Assembly (NCBI GenBank): GCA_964106915.2
Contig: OZ066919.1
Reading direction: 5' to 3' (one strand)
Length of the DNA: 64,000 bases
DNA from: Podarcis gaigeae
Lineage: Eukaryota
The number at the start of each line of letters is the position of its first letter. Within the stretch, counting starts at the first letter, position 1. A model generated the notes under the pieces. The model saw only the letters and a list, made by a program, of their open reading frames with translations, had not been told where the DNA came from and made no database searches. Position numbers and translations under genes: made by a program. Shown one piece after another: positions 13,001 to 28,000 of this stretch.

Positions 13001-16000
13001 AACCTCCTCAAAGCTTTAAGCTTTCTTCGTACAGAAGATTCTCCAACCCTTTGGTTATTTTTTCCAGAAGAGTAAAAAGGAATTGAGTATTGGTTCAAGT
13101 TCTGCTCATATAAAGTGAATTTCAACAAATGTGTTTTGCATATTTACTTAGAAATCATTTCTTTTCCCAATCTTGCATGTTTGGCATTTCAGACTACATT
13201 GATAGAATAATTATGTTTGTTCTGTTTTCTGATATCACATTTAGCTGCTGATGCAATGAATTAATCTGTATTTGTATATTTTTTTGATGAAATCAGCTAT
13301 CTGGTGCTGCAAATTGATGTTTTGAAAATCTCATAAGTACCCTCAGTAACCTTCTGCAACTACTTTGAATAATATGCTTTGATATGAAGTATCTCTCAGT
13401 ACTTGCAACTTTAACTTTTGTTCCCTGCCAGGAGATTTCTCCCCTCCTTTCAATGGAAGCTATGGCATTTGTCACAGAAGAGAGAAAGTCTGCTCAAGAA
13501 TCCACTTTTCCAAATACATACACATTTGACTTATTTGGAGGAGTTGATGTAAGTGGTTTCTACCTTTTTTAAAAAAATGCTGTAGCATATTGTCAAATAC
13601 AGTAACTAACACATTGAGTGAGGCATTGGTAGTAGGAATAATTAAATACTAATACTCTTGTTCAATACAATAGTACAGCCATAGGAAGGTTTGATTACCC
13701 AAGAAAGCCAAATTTAAAATGTAACGAAGGGATTCTTCATTACAATAGGAATATTGTGTTTTTGGAGACTAAAGTAACTTGGCCTTTTGGCTTAGAAAAT
13801 GAAGGCTTAAGAGAAAACACAATTTCACTCTACAAGTTGAATAAACACTCACAGGGTGCAACTTTAACCAAGGTTAAAGTTATGTGATCTTGGTGTGTTT
13901 CTTCCATTCTTTTGGATTAGGGGGGTGTAAAGCAGCATGGATTTGCATCACTTTATTGGATGCTAGGAAGGAATCTCCCTCAATCAGATTGAGTATCACA
14001 AGGAACGGGAATGTTTTCTCTCTAGCAGGAATGACTGACTAGCAGTCCATGGGGTACTTGTAGCATCAAGAGAGGTAGGGATGGAGGGCACCAATACAAA
14101 AAATCAGAAGAAACTTCTAGAGTGCAGAATCTTGGCCCTCTGGGTTTTTTCAGACTACAACTCCATAGTGTTAGAAACTGAGATATGAAAGCTAAATGGC
14201 ACATTGAAGCTAGGTTATGGGTGCAACAATGGAATGTCTAGGTGTGTTTTTTTTATAACAAGAATTCCGAAGCTGAAAATGAATGAACTGCAGCTAAAAT
14301 ATTATGTTCATTTTTTACATGGTCTTCTAGTCCTTCACCTGCTCCCCCCATATATTCTTAAGAGGGTCTCTTCTCCGGTCTTCAGAGAGTAGCTGGAAGT
14401 GGGGGGGCAGAAAAATGTCTCCCTTTCCTTCTACTCTGCAGTTTTAATCTGAAATCTTAGGTGCAGTACTGCACCCAGGGCTCAGAAATTGCTCACTCTA
14501 GTGAAATTCCCTATCACAAAATGTGCCTAGAACAGTGGGAGTTTTGAACACTGCAACTCCAACAATCCTTGATCATGCTTATAATCTGGAGGGCCACAGG
14601 TTCTGCACCCCTGCTGTAAGTGGCACTAGAAGTGTGTGACTTACTTCACCCAGTATATTTTGAAGTAAGACTCTTCATCAGAGGCACTGCGTATTTTTTG
14701 TGTTGCAAGGTAAAGGCGTTCTATATTAGGCGTCTCATAACCTGACTGGCCAACTGTCCTTCAGCATTTCAAAACGTTTATGGGGCACCCATAATTTCAG
14801 TGCTAAGAAAGTTGAGGGTTGTCATGGCTCAGAAGTGATATTCAATCTTCTTGAGAGTCATAGGATCCTGACGTATATAATTAATACCTAGCCTCTTGAA
14901 TCCAGTATATTAAGTACAAAGTGTCTAGTTTCCTTTTGCATATTTCATAACCAAATCTTTAATCTTAATAAAGCTTCCATTTAGTGGGAGGCTGGCTCTG
15001 GCAATGGAACCCCTTGTCAATACATGAGTGGCCATAATGAATGGGTCTGCGATAGAGCTAACTAAAAGTTGTCTATAAATTAAACACAAGGTCATAGTTA
15101 AAAGCTTGGAGAGCAACATGTCTGTATCTTAAAGATAAATTTAGAAAAGCACGTTCTTTTATTACTACAGAATCTTAATAGCTAGCTTGAACTAATATTT
15201 CACACTAAAATATGGAGCTGCCTACTACATCAAAATCTTTTAAATCCTCTTCAATGGGAAGTTACAAAAACCGTTTGTCTGTATAAGCTACAATTTCACA
15301 ACTAATATGCGCAAAGACTGAGTAGTGATGCCGGTTGATATAACGTCTCGATCAGATAAGCTACAGGCAGCGCAGATTTTGCTTTTAAGTAGCCTATAGC
15401 TTTTAAAAGTTGCAATGTATTCAACTTCTATACAGCCTTCACAAGGAGAGGCCACAGGCGTATATTATAGAGTCCTGTCCTCCTTAGTGATAGAGGGGTG
15501 GTTCGTGGTCCAGTCCTGTATGTTGTGCAATACAATTGCATCCTGTGCCACTACTGAAAGAATAGACTGGATGCCAGCCCTGATTCTTGCTCTGGGATAG
15601 CACCAGGTATTGGTGCTACTGTGTCAACTGATAGGGAGGACAGGGTGGCTTCCATAAGGTGCAGGAATGTGCAATGGCCATTTTCAAGGGCAGGAGGTGC
15701 CCCATAGTCCTATAGATAGCTTTGCTACAATTGTCTGGAATGTTTTCTGGGTGACGTTGTTTCCTTTTACAATAGTTGCTTCTGTGTTTTTTAACCCCTT
15801 ATCAGTCTTATCCCAAGTCTTTCTTTGAAATGGAAAAGAAGGGTAATATAAAAGGGTGTGTGGGGTGAATAAAAGTATCCATTCTTTTTAATTCACTTGA
15901 CTTATATTTATGTAAGTATATGTGTATCTTTAAAATATTAATACATGGCAGGGGGAAAGCTTGCCCTGCAAATGTAAAGATCAGTAGACTATCCATGTCC

Positions 16001-19000
16001 TCTGCAAATTGCATTGCCTCAGAAGGGGAGAAATGTTGTGGGAACTTTGCACCAACTTTGCAGCATGCACGAACGTACTTCTCATTCACATTAAAACTAT
16101 AGTTTCTTTTAAAATGTCATTGCATTGCTCTTGAAATATGACTATTGTTTTGAAGAGAAGCATAGTAAAGTGGGACACTGGATGTTTTGTGCAGTACAAT
16201 AGAGCAGAATTGTCGTTTTTTAAAGTAGTTTGCTTTAAATTTCAATATAGCCCCAAAATTAGGTGCTTTTTTTATTAAAATGCATCTATATAAAGTTATT
16301 ATGTATCTAATTTTCACAGCTTCTAGTAGAAATACTTATGAGGCCAACTCTTATTACACAAAAGAAGAAGCAGAAAAGTAAGTCAATAATATACTTCCTT
16401 CACAAAACCTTGTTTTGTTTCCTTCTCTTCTTGTGTCCTGATAGAATAATTGGTCACTAAACCAAGTACTGGTAGAAATACTTGTTTGCTAACATTGTGT
16501 GTGTGTTTTAATGATGTATGAAAATGAAGTTTTATCACACGGTTTCTTAACTTTTATGGTTGCAGAGGTGATAAATGCTGGTAAACCATGTTTGTTTATA
16601 GGATTAAATACTGCACAATAAACAAAGTATATAGGCAGTGAACATAGCACATCCATAAAACATCATTAGACTACTTAATAACATCTGGATAGGTAAAGGT
16701 AAAGGTACCCCTGCCCGTACGGGCCAGTCTTGACAGACTCTGGGGTTGTGCGCCCATCTCACTTAAGAGGCCAGGGGCCAGCGCTGTCCGGAGACACTTC
16801 CGGGTCACGTGGCCAGCGTGACAAAGCTGCATCTGGCGAGCCAGAGCCGCACACGGAAACGCCGTTTACCTTCCCGCTGGTAAGCGGTCCCTATTTATCT
16901 ACTTGCACCCGGAGGTGCTTTCAAACTGCTAGGTTGGCAGGCGCTGGGACCGAGCAGCGGGAGCGCACCCCGCCGCAGGGATTCCAACCGCCGACCTTTC
17001 GATCGGCAAGTCCTAGGTGCTGAGGCTTTAACCCACAGCGCCACCTGCGTCCCCTGCAACATCTGGATAGTGATGCACAATAACCAGTGTGTTAGAAGAC
17101 CCGCTCCCCAAACCATGGAGGCAAGCCCAAGTCTTGTTGGGTAGCAGTAGCCAAATGACCAGAATTAAACACCAACCACTGTCATCACTCCTGTGAGTCC
17201 ACCAGTTTTGGCTAGGAAAAATCACAGAGCTTTACAGAACATCACCTAAGATTTGAGAAACAAAATACTAAGAACCAGATTTTCTGTTCCAACAATACAT
17301 AAGCCTCCAGGAGGTTATTCAGTAGCAGTTTGTCTGAGCAGTTTGTCCATGGATTTAGTTCTAGAAATCTTACTCAGAAGAACGCACAGGAAATAGGTGA
17401 AGTAGATTTCTTAAAAATTAAATTAAAAATAGCTTTTTTAAAAAAATAGACTCCAGTATCCCAGTGAAAGTATAAGAAAAAACCATTGTTAAGACTACAG
17501 TTGTGAATTACAAGACAGGATACAAAGCAACAAAAGCTAGCTTTCTTAGGCTAATACAAACAATATCAGTAAATGGACCAGCGCTGCTTACTTATAATAA
17601 TAGGTACAGAGTTTCACAATCCAGACAAGCTAAATGCCCTTTCATTTAGAAGCAAGGCTAGAATCACGTGGCATATATATAGGCTCAAGGTAATAAAAGG
17701 AAGTCAGAGTCTCACGGTTTCTTGTTTCATGTGGTGTTCAGAACAGGAATATCACATGATACCTGTAGTATTTCTGTCAGCCATATAAACTTGATGTGAA
17801 CGGATTGCCTACCTGCCCTAATAATAGTCGTCATTCCTCTGTGTGTTCAGCTTCGATCAGATCTCATTTTTATTGGATTTTAGCAGCTGAGATACTTGCT
17901 GGATTTTTTCATTTGGGCTGTTAAATAGTGTGGTGACATATGTCTTTGTTTGTGGTTGATTGTTCAGGAAGCATTAATCAGTTTTTTCTATTGCAGTAAG
18001 CGATGACCTCATCAAAGATTGTTTAAGCATATTGTACAACACTTGCATATGTGTAAGTTATATTTTCTGTTCTGTCAATAATTTTTGTTTTGTGATACAG
18101 CTAGGTTTAGGGGATTCTTGGTCTGACAGAGAAAAACATTCAAAGCATTAAATTAATGTTGCATGCTGCAATATTCTTGATGCTAAAATTTCTATTGCAT
18201 TTCACAAATTGCAGTGTAGCAAACCTGCTTGCATTTTGTCTAAACATCTTTTAAATAAGGACTCATTGCTATTTATTGCTGAAGTGTTTTAAGCCTTAAT
18301 GCAGTGGCTTGCTGTGGGAATCTTGGTCAGCATTCCCTGTTTAAGACTGTTTTCAGTTATGTATGCTTTTTAAATTTTATTCTGTAACTGTATGAGTCAT
18401 TTTATGTTAGTGGTAGTATTTGGACTGGTTTTTTTTATTAAAAAAAATAGAAACTTTTTATCAAGGTAAAATTAGTGTTGAAAACTAGAGTTGAGTTCAT
18501 GACATTAAATGTTGCATGAAAACAAACCAATAATTCCTGTCATGCACATTACATTTGTATGCATTGGCAAGACTATTGGATACTTTACTTAGCTGGTATG
18601 CACTTTTATACTCACGTCATTTGAGCAGCCTAGCTTTCCCTGTTGGGAATTTATTGTTCTTCTACCTAAAGGCAAAGAAAGCTGGAAAGGTTCAGAATCC
18701 TATGTGGAAGGAAGGCACTTTTCTCCATTCCTTTTTTAATTTCCACTTTGCTGCCTCCTGGGAGAGCTCTGTTTTTCTATATTATTTTAAATTTATATGT
18801 GATGTTTGCCTCAGCAGTGTTAGCTTTTGCTCATGTGTATATGTGGTTTCTCATTATTGTAGACTGAAGGAGTCACTAAACGATTGGCAGAAAGAAATGA
18901 TTTTGTATTGTTCTTGTTTACATTGATGACAAATAAAAAGACATTCCTGCAAACAGCCACCCTTATAGAAGACATCCTGGGAGTAAAAAAGGTTTGTTGA

Positions 19001-22000
19001 TAATGTAGCCTGTACCATCATGTTCTCATTTAATCTTGAAAACTCTTTAACAGCTTGTAAGTAGAAGTCCCTTCTCAGTTCAGTAACTAGGAAAAAAAAT
19101 ATTGTATCCTAAATGGAAAAAGCCATATTACTTGCTCCCAGCCTGTCTTTCCTTTGTAATGTTTAAGAGTATCTTGGCAGCACCTCTCCTAACTGTAAAA
19201 TGAAATTTTGGGAAGGCATCATGTAATAGCAAGGCTGGGTACTTTTTATTGAGCCTGCTGAAGTGAGTCCCCATTATACATCTCTGCATGCACTGCTTTG
19301 ATTACCCCATTCACGCCTTAGCTTTCTGGTCTCAAATAAAGTAATGTTGTGGGTAGCAATATACCCACTTCTGGATACCGGAATTTACAAAGAAAATGGT
19401 GAAGCAAGTGTGTCCAGAGAATAGTGACTAGGGTGGTGTACAGGGTCTGGAGGGACAGTTGGAAAATGGGTAGGTTTGGTGTGGATAAGAAAAGGTTAAG
19501 GGGAGACATGTCTGCTGCCTTCAGATACCTGAAGGGGTATTGCATGCATTGTTTTTTGTTGTTTGAGAGCTAAGAGCTGTTGGACAGTGGAATGGACTGT
19601 CTTGGGTGGTGGTGGGCTTGCCTTCATTGGAAATATTTAAGCAGAAGCTGGGCAACCAGTTGTTGGGGATGCTGTATTTAAGTTCTGCATTGCAGATCCT
19701 TCTTTGATTAGGAAGTTGGATTCGGTGATCTCCAAGGTCTCTTCTGATTCTGAAATTCTGTGATTCAATTTTTTTATCATGAGCTTGGAAATGCATTTAT
19801 TTAGCACTTAAGTTTTATCAGCAGATTTAATTAGATCTCCCTTTTCCCAGTTAAAATAATGGCCGAGGCTTTCAAGAGAGAAAGGGGGGAGTTTTTAAAG
19901 ATGAGACATTATTTCCTGACCCTCATTATGTTTGCTATTTAAACCGTATTTGGGTTTGCACAGAGACAAATATAGCATAAAGGTAAATGCTATTATTTAT
20001 TTGTAGTACACAAGCTAAAAACTTTGGATGTAACGTTTCATGAAACTTGTACACTTTCAGGAATCTGAGGAGTTTACTTATGTTCTCTAACTTGTGAGGT
20101 TAGTTGTCAGTTGCTATCAATACTTTTCAGCATTGTGCCATTTTTAAAAAATGCTTAGCAAAGAGCAATTTACCAGTTATAATTTTAAAATATGTTCCCA
20201 AAGGTATAATTCATTCAAATTAAAATGAGATACAAGAAATAGAAGGAAAACCAAGAAGCAGGGGACTGCAGCCAGTCTCATTTTATACCCTGCACTCTCA
20301 TAAATGGTGCACAGATGTCCTTGAGACTCTCAGTTTCATTATAAGATAACTCTGCAAAATGTTTAAGCTAGAAGCATATTGCAAAACTGTTCTTTTTAAT
20401 ATTCAGGATTATTATTTTAGCTGCTAGTGCTAAAAGAATTAAATTCTTTTAATTTTCTAGAAGTCCAGAAAGTGGGGAGGTAGCTTCATACCCCCATCTA
20501 ATTAAAGAAAAATAATAAATTATTCCTGCAATAAATAATTTCCAGCCAATCGGCATGGAACAATATGCAGTTTTGTGGTGAAGTACAGTATAATTTGTGG
20601 ACTGTTTATTAATGTTAATAATATATCAGAAGTAAGTGCTAAGAGGGTCTGCCTTTGCTGCTGTGCAGCATGATCTCTCAAGGTTGTTGTATGGCCCAAC
20701 TAATACATTACTTAGATAGAATAGGAGCCCCTGGAAAGCTGTTCTCCTATGATAGGCTTCCATGTTGCCTAGGTAAAGTATTCTGTTCCCGCCCCAACTT
20801 GTCAAGGTTGATAGCAGCAGCCCCACATGATCAGAACTTCTGTACTTTGCTGGGGTGACTCCTTTGTACAGACATATACAAAACATTAGATCCATTTTAA
20901 GTACTTGCTATACAGAATCTAATGAGCCACATAGCAAGTAATATAAAAAGTAAAATGATTACAGTAAGCCCACAACTTGCATGCAATTTACTTGTGCCCA
21001 TTCAGTTTTACATGCTTGGCAGAAAAATATTTCTTTTCAATAGAAAGGGGGTGGGTGTCTGGGAAATCCCAGCTGCCATTGAGCTCAATGTGTTTTGACT
21101 AGATGTGATTTTGGCTGTAGGCATGATCCCTGTAACATAGCCCCACATAAATTGCAGACTTACTGTAGTTATGTTAATGTTCTTCAGAGTGGTAAATTAA
21201 GAGATTCCTATCTCTATATAATGCCCTATCTAGGAGTTTGCCAAAAAGTGTTAAGTGAGGTGAGGACAGAGGTGCACACCAGCTCCTTTTCAGACCTTCA
21301 GCTGAGTGCATCTTAGGTTCCTGACTGCAAATGCACTTTGAATTGAATATTAATGCAGTTAGACTCCTCCTTGTAAATGGGAACCCTGGTTTCCCTATCA
21401 GTATTCTAAGCACATTCAGCTGAATATGTTCAGGATTCCCCTTTGTCTTAGGGACAAAATGAAGTGCAGGTTAGCATGTTTAGGGACATTGAGATCAGTG
21501 CTGCCTTTCTCCACTTCTAGCTAGTGGTTTCAGATGGAGATCAGAATAGGCTTTTAATCTGCAAGAATCTTGGAAATAATATCTTTGCTTAAAAATTTTT
21601 AAAAACCATCTATGGGTCACTAGCAGTCAGCATATCGCTTGTCATGTTTTAGGAAATGATTCAGTTGGAGGATATTCCAAACCTCTCCAGTCTAGTCTCT
21701 AGCTTTGACCAACAGCAGCTTGCAAACTTCTGCAGGATCCTTGCAGTTACAATTTCAGAACTGGACACAGGCAGTGATGACAAACATACACTTCTTGCAA
21801 AAAATGCTCAGCAGAAAAAGAACATGGGTCCTTCTCGGGCGGAAATTAATCAAGGTAAAGCATCCTGTTTCTGAAATTAATATGTACTCAAATTGATATG
21901 TACTCTGTTAAAGTATTTTAAGATGGAAGTAAACTTGATTTCATTTGGATTTCTAATAATAGTTGTTCCATCAATTTAACATTTGTTAATCCTATTTGCC

Positions 22001-25000
22001 TCTTGTCATAGCTGCACTCCTCAATATACCAGGCTTCATTGAACGACTGTGTAAACTAGCAACCAGAAAAGTTTCAGAAACAACAGGAACTTCAAGTTTC
22101 CTTCAAGAATTGGAGGAGTGGTACACCTGGCTAGATAATGCACTTGTACTTGATGCATTAATGCGTGTGGCAGGTGAAGAGACAGAGCAAAGCAGCACAG
22201 GTACCTGCTTTTAAATTTACTAGAACAGCCATTTAATAATCTGGTAGCTTTATCACCTGTAGATCTGTGTGTGGCCTTGTCTTGCACTGTACTCTTGCTT
22301 TGACATTTTCGTACTGGAATGGAAGCATGTGTGCAGCAGTCCCTAAAGACTGAAAAGACTTGGGCAAATACCTAAGAATGGTGTATTCAGTTTCTGCTAC
22401 ATTGGAGAAACTTAACATCTTCTCATTTCCTACATTTTTGTTGCATTGATAACTATTATATAACTACCTCCTTGCCCTTTTTTTTTTTTTTTGTCTTTTA
22501 GAATCTTCAGATGAGAGTGGATTTGCCTCTACTTCACCAAGGAATCAACTTCCACAGACCATGAAGATTATGCATGAGATTATGTATAAACTGGAAGTTT
22601 TGTATGTCCTCTGTGTGCTTTTAATGGGCAGGCAAAGGAATCAGGTGAGATTCTGCATCAGAAGTGTATAGTGAATTGCAAGCAGTGGCTCTGAAAATTC
22701 AAATGGGGGTCCAGCTATTTAAAATCCTACAATCTTTTCAAACTCTAGACCACTAATAATCTCTCTTGTAGGAAGTGGATGCTTGTTGATTCATGTATCT
22801 TGCACAGTGATCAGCTATAAGGTTTATGGTTGGTGATCTAGTAAGAATTTAATTTGTATATGCCTTTATGTACTTTTCCATTTGGCAAGTACTTTGCATT
22901 AAGATAGGCAGCAGTTAAGGCACCCTGCTTTATGCAAATACTTTGAAATGAGGCTTTTGGCTAAGGAAGTCCATGCCATGTTTTATGCCAGTCTATTTTG
23001 GGATCAACAAACTCACACTAAAAAATTTCACTTTAAATTTTGAAATTTGGTGCATTATTGAAAACAAGTAGATTAAAATGAAGGGTGCAGCCACTGCAGA
23101 AGCACTCTTGAAACAACATTTTCTTCATTCCTATTCATTCCTGTGGGGTGTGCAGAATAGAAATCTGTAATGGATATTGCTGGATATTGAAATATATATT
23201 TTTCAGAGTTAATTTTGTGTGTGTGTGTAGATTATGATTTTTATATTTATATATATATAATGGGCTATATTTTGTGGGGAGGTGGGGGAGCTTTAAAGAA
23301 TAAACTGGCACAGTTTATGGAAGATCTTAAAACAATATACCTGTAGTGAATATACCTGATCATTCTTCTTGCCTAGGTTCACAAGATGATTGCAGAATTC
23401 AGATTGATCCCTGGCCTTAATAATTTGTTTGATAAATTGATCTGGCGGAAGCATTCAGCATCAGCCCTTGTTCTGCATGGGCATAATCAAAACTGTGACT
23501 GTAGCCCGGTGAGTATTAGGTTTAAGCTGCTGCATAGAGTATGTTCTTTTGAAATGGCCCTTAAGAACTCATATGTAATAGCTGCTAATAATGTTGATAG
23601 CTAGCCTCTTCAGTTGTTTTTCATACTAGTATTTTTTTCTGATTGCAATGGTAACAGCATCACTCTCTAAAATGGCTTAAATATTTTTTAAAGCCTGGAA
23701 GTCGTGAGTTGATGTTTCTACCAGTCTGCTAGGAAGGATATTCTGTAATGTTTCTTATAAAATAAATTCTCAACTTCTTTCTTCTGTAGGATATTACATT
23801 GAAGATTCAGTTTTTGAGGCTACTTCAGAGTTTTAGTGATCACCATGAGTGAGTATAGAATATGTTTGCCATAAACTTTGTGGTGGCACTTCATGTATTG
23901 CTGAATTGATGGAACCTCATATTTGAAGTAACTCGGATAATTTAGAACCTCCTTAAAAGTAACATACAAAGAATATGTAATAGTTTTGATCATGTTTTGC
24001 TGTTACACTTCCAAGAAGTGAGTGAAAAGATATTGGGAGGTATTTGTAAAGCACATTTTGGGAGAGACTATTCAGTGGCTGCCAGCATGCAAGGGACCAA
24101 AAAATGGAATACAGCTGTTTAGACTAGTTTTGTCAGAGGACACTTTCAAAGGCACTATGCGCATGAATTTTGAGATCCTAAACAGATTGCCCCAAATCTA
24201 AACTTATATTTAGGGCATTCTTTATCAAAAAGTTCAGGGGGAAAGGAACTGGAATTGTGAAACTTGGCCTTCTGCTATTTTAGGAGTTCCTTTTTCACAA
24301 TTTCCTTTAATATGACAGTATTCAGCTAAATAATTACGCAAGCAGAATGATTCCTGCTTGTGCAACACACACACCATCCCCAAATCTGTTCTAAAGTGTT
24401 GGGGGGAAACCCCAGAACCGGGGGAGATGGGGGAAGGGGAAACATTATGTTGCACAAGTGGAACTCATTCTGCTTGTGCAAGGAACTACCTAATGCTACT
24501 TTGAATGCAACCTGTAATTTATTCTGTGGGTTCATTCTATGGATTCTCAGGGCTCAAACCCAAATTGTGAGATTATTTGTCCAATATAGAGTTAAGTTTC
24601 TGTAAAACTGAATAGAACCTTGATACCACAGAAGAACCAGCATAGTTGTGTGCATTTTTGCAAAGGGAATATAGATGATGCATTAAAGAATCAATGTTTG
24701 TAATCACTCCTTCTGTCCTGATTTTTATAATAGGAACAAGTATCTGCTTCTAAACAGCCAAGAGCTTAATGAACTGAGTGCAATATCCCTCAAAGCCAAC
24801 ATCCCTGAAGTAGAGGCAGTTGTCAACACAGACAGGTAGAGAGAAGTGCATGTATGTTTGTATCATTTGTTCTTTCTGAAAGTATGGCAAATATCCTATT
24901 TTACCAGGCCTGTCTCTTGAACCCTTGCAATAAGTTGGGTTATCTCTAACTTTGTTAGTATGTTGAACTTGCAAAAACGTGAATCACTCACACAATGCAA

Positions 25001-28000
25001 TGGCATCTTTCTGAAGTGTATATTGGACATCTGGGTGGGGCCACATATGCCCTTTAGGGATTGCTTGCAGTCCTTTACAATCTGCTTCTACCCCTAAAGC
25101 CAACTCTGTCCCTTTTGAGGCAGAACTTAGGTCTGTTTATTCAGACCTGTGAACACTTAGCAGCCAATGTTGGCTGGAGAGTGAATGCATAAGCGATGGA
25201 TTTTGAGAGTGGAGGTTGCAAATCATAGGTAATTTTGATAACTGATGGGAACATTCATGGGAAGCAGGAAAAGGATCACATAGGACTTCATAAGGAAATT
25301 AATTGGCATATTTAAAGTATGCATACACTTATACAAATGAACATATTTATTTATATAATGCCCTTTATACCTATATTTCTGCTTAAATATTTATTACATA
25401 CAAATTCCAAATTGGGTCACGCTGACTTCCTAGTGAATTGCTGCACATTCTGTTTATGAATGTAGCTTGTGCAATGCTTTATGTTACCCCGTTTGAGGTA
25501 TGGGACATTCTTTCCCATCTAAAAGAATGGGACATTCTTTTCCATCTAAAGCGGCACCGCATTTCAAGAAGGACACTGACAAACTTGAACGTGTCCAGAG
25601 GAGGGCAACCAAAATGGTCAAAGGCCTGGAAACGATGCCTTATGAGGAACGGCTAAGGGAGCTGGGCATGTTTAGCCTGGAGAAGAGGAGGTTAAGGGGT
25701 GATATGATAGCCATGTTCAAATATATAAAAGGATGTCACATAGAGGAGGGAGAAAGGTTGTTTTCTGCTGCTCCAGAGAAGCGGACACGGAGCAATGGAT
25801 CCAAACTACAAGAAAGAAGATTCCACCTAAACATTAGGAAGAACTTCCTGACAGTAAGAGCTGTTTGACAGTGGAATTTGCTGCCAAGGAGTGTGGTGGA
25901 GTCTCCTTCTTTGGAGGTCTTTAAGCAGAGGCTTGACAACCATATGTCAGGAATGCTCTGATGGTGTTTCCTGCTCGGCAGGGGGTTGGACTAGATGGCC
26001 CTTGTGGTCTCTTCCAACTCTATGATTCTAAGAGGGAACAAGTTTCACAGCTTCACCCTTTTCATAGAAACAACAGATTGAGTTTGTGGGCAATAGCAGC
26101 ATACATTATTTTTTTAAAAAAACAAAACAAGTAGTAGCAAGATGTGGTCCTTACTGCCCCCTTTCCAAGCTATTTGGCCTGGAAAATAATGTTGCTGTAG
26201 ATGTCAGTTTGAAGGACAAAGGTGCAAGCAAATGGACTTCAACCCTCAGATTCCTAACATTTGAGGATTCATGGAACTGATTATCGTTCATTTGCCTAGC
26301 AGAGAGTTCAGTTGATATGGAATGATAAACCGGGTAAGGTGGCCTCTGTGTTTTAGCCACAGGCCAACACCATTCTGCTTTTGCTTGATTTCATAACTTC
26401 CCTATAATTACACATTGTGTAATCTTGTACATCTAGAGACATCTGGAACATATAAGTATTTCCATATTGGCTACCAAAAAACCCTGGGTGTAAAACTTTT
26501 TTTAAAAAAATTGAACTAATATCTGTTGGGTTAGAATATGCAAGTTCTGAGTTTGTACAGTTCTGAATGCTGTGTAATGGAAATGTAACAACCCGTTCTT
26601 GTGCATGTAAGCTCAGAAATATCCTAGATTCAGTGAGGCTTAGATTTAGACTGTAGTCATGTTTTATTTTATTCATAAAATATATACACCACTTGATTAC
26701 AAAAACAAAACGAAACCTCAAAGCGGTTTACGAAAAGCTAAAACAATAAAATTTGTAGTATCTGTTTGTGTGAGAGAGCACAAGGTTTTTACAAATGCAG
26801 GTTTTCTTCCTGGGCACTTAAGATTCAATCCCATTGAAAAGGTTTTTAGAATTACAATAGAAAATTCATTCACCAGCAGGGGGTGTTAGACTGTAATGTT
26901 CCATGGAGTCACAGTATGTTCAAAATACACCATCCATTTTGAAATACTCAGGTATTGCTGTATAGAACTGCTAGATATTTTCTTAATGAAATTCCCCTTC
27001 AACCCATTGGTTTACTCATTGTAATTTCTCCCCATGTTTTAGGAATTTAGTCTGTGATGGGAAAAGAGGCTTGCTGACCAGACTTCTTCAGGTAATGAAG
27101 AAAGAGCCAGCGGAATCATCATTCAGGTGGGCTCTGTTATTACTACATTAAGCATAGTGTTCTGTTGTAGGAAAACTTGATCTTCAGAGTCCAGAGAGAA
27201 AGTGGATCCTTGCCAACTATTCAAAAACTTCAGTTTTGATTAGTTTTATCCTTGAATTGAAAAAAATTGAGGCCAGCAGTGCTCAGGGATAGGAGACCTT
27301 CTCTCAACATGGTTTCTACCCTGCCCATGACCTTAAAGTTGCCTAGTCTCCAAAGATGTCTTAGTTGTTTAAGCTTTGCATCCTAACTAGTGATACACAT
27401 AAGGAAGATCCACATATATAGCCAGTTTTGCTTTGCTTTCCTCCAACTGTTCTCACTATCAAAAGAGCATGTCACATAAAACTGTTTCCACTTTTTATTT
27501 ACAATTAATCAGATGTTTCTTTCTTAATATAAGGTGTTAATTTTATTTTATGCACCAGGTTTTGGCAAGCCAGGGCAGTTGAAAGTTTCTTACGAGGCGC
27601 TACTTCTTATGCAGATCAGATGTTCCTGCTAAAGAGAGGGCTCCTAGAGGTATTCTAAATGTTTACTAAATACATATGTTTGTGAAGCATGCTTCTAAAC
27701 CCTTAAACCCTTGATTTCTTAGAGAACATGGAGTCTTTACTAAGAGTTAATCAACTTGTTAGACGTTGTCCTAATCTAGGGTTCAGTCTAATCTTCTGAA
27801 GTTTGTCACTTTACTGTGCTCTGTGTCTCTGAAACACCACAGTTATAAATTATCAGGCTTAATCCCCTAGCAAGTCAAAACACCTTCCCGTAACAAGTAT
27901 AGGAAGTGAAAGCCATTTTATTTCTGCCTGCAGAAAGCAAAATGTGAAGCTTATTGTCTTTATGGTAATATTTTTCTCCTTGCCAGCATATTCTCTACTG

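Noticed and set aside
11560-14020. Faint CR1-like remnants (~11560-11850, ~13735-14020)
   Set aside because: Too degenerate to delimit or classify reliably by eye
16975-17054. tRNA-like sequence with A/B boxes (also at 57650-57725)
   Set aside because: It is the tRNA-derived head of Sauria SINEs, not a tRNA gene
25500-25868. 122-aa ORF as a candidate gene
   Set aside because: C-terminal remnant of CR1 ORF2 with a premature stop; no RT core
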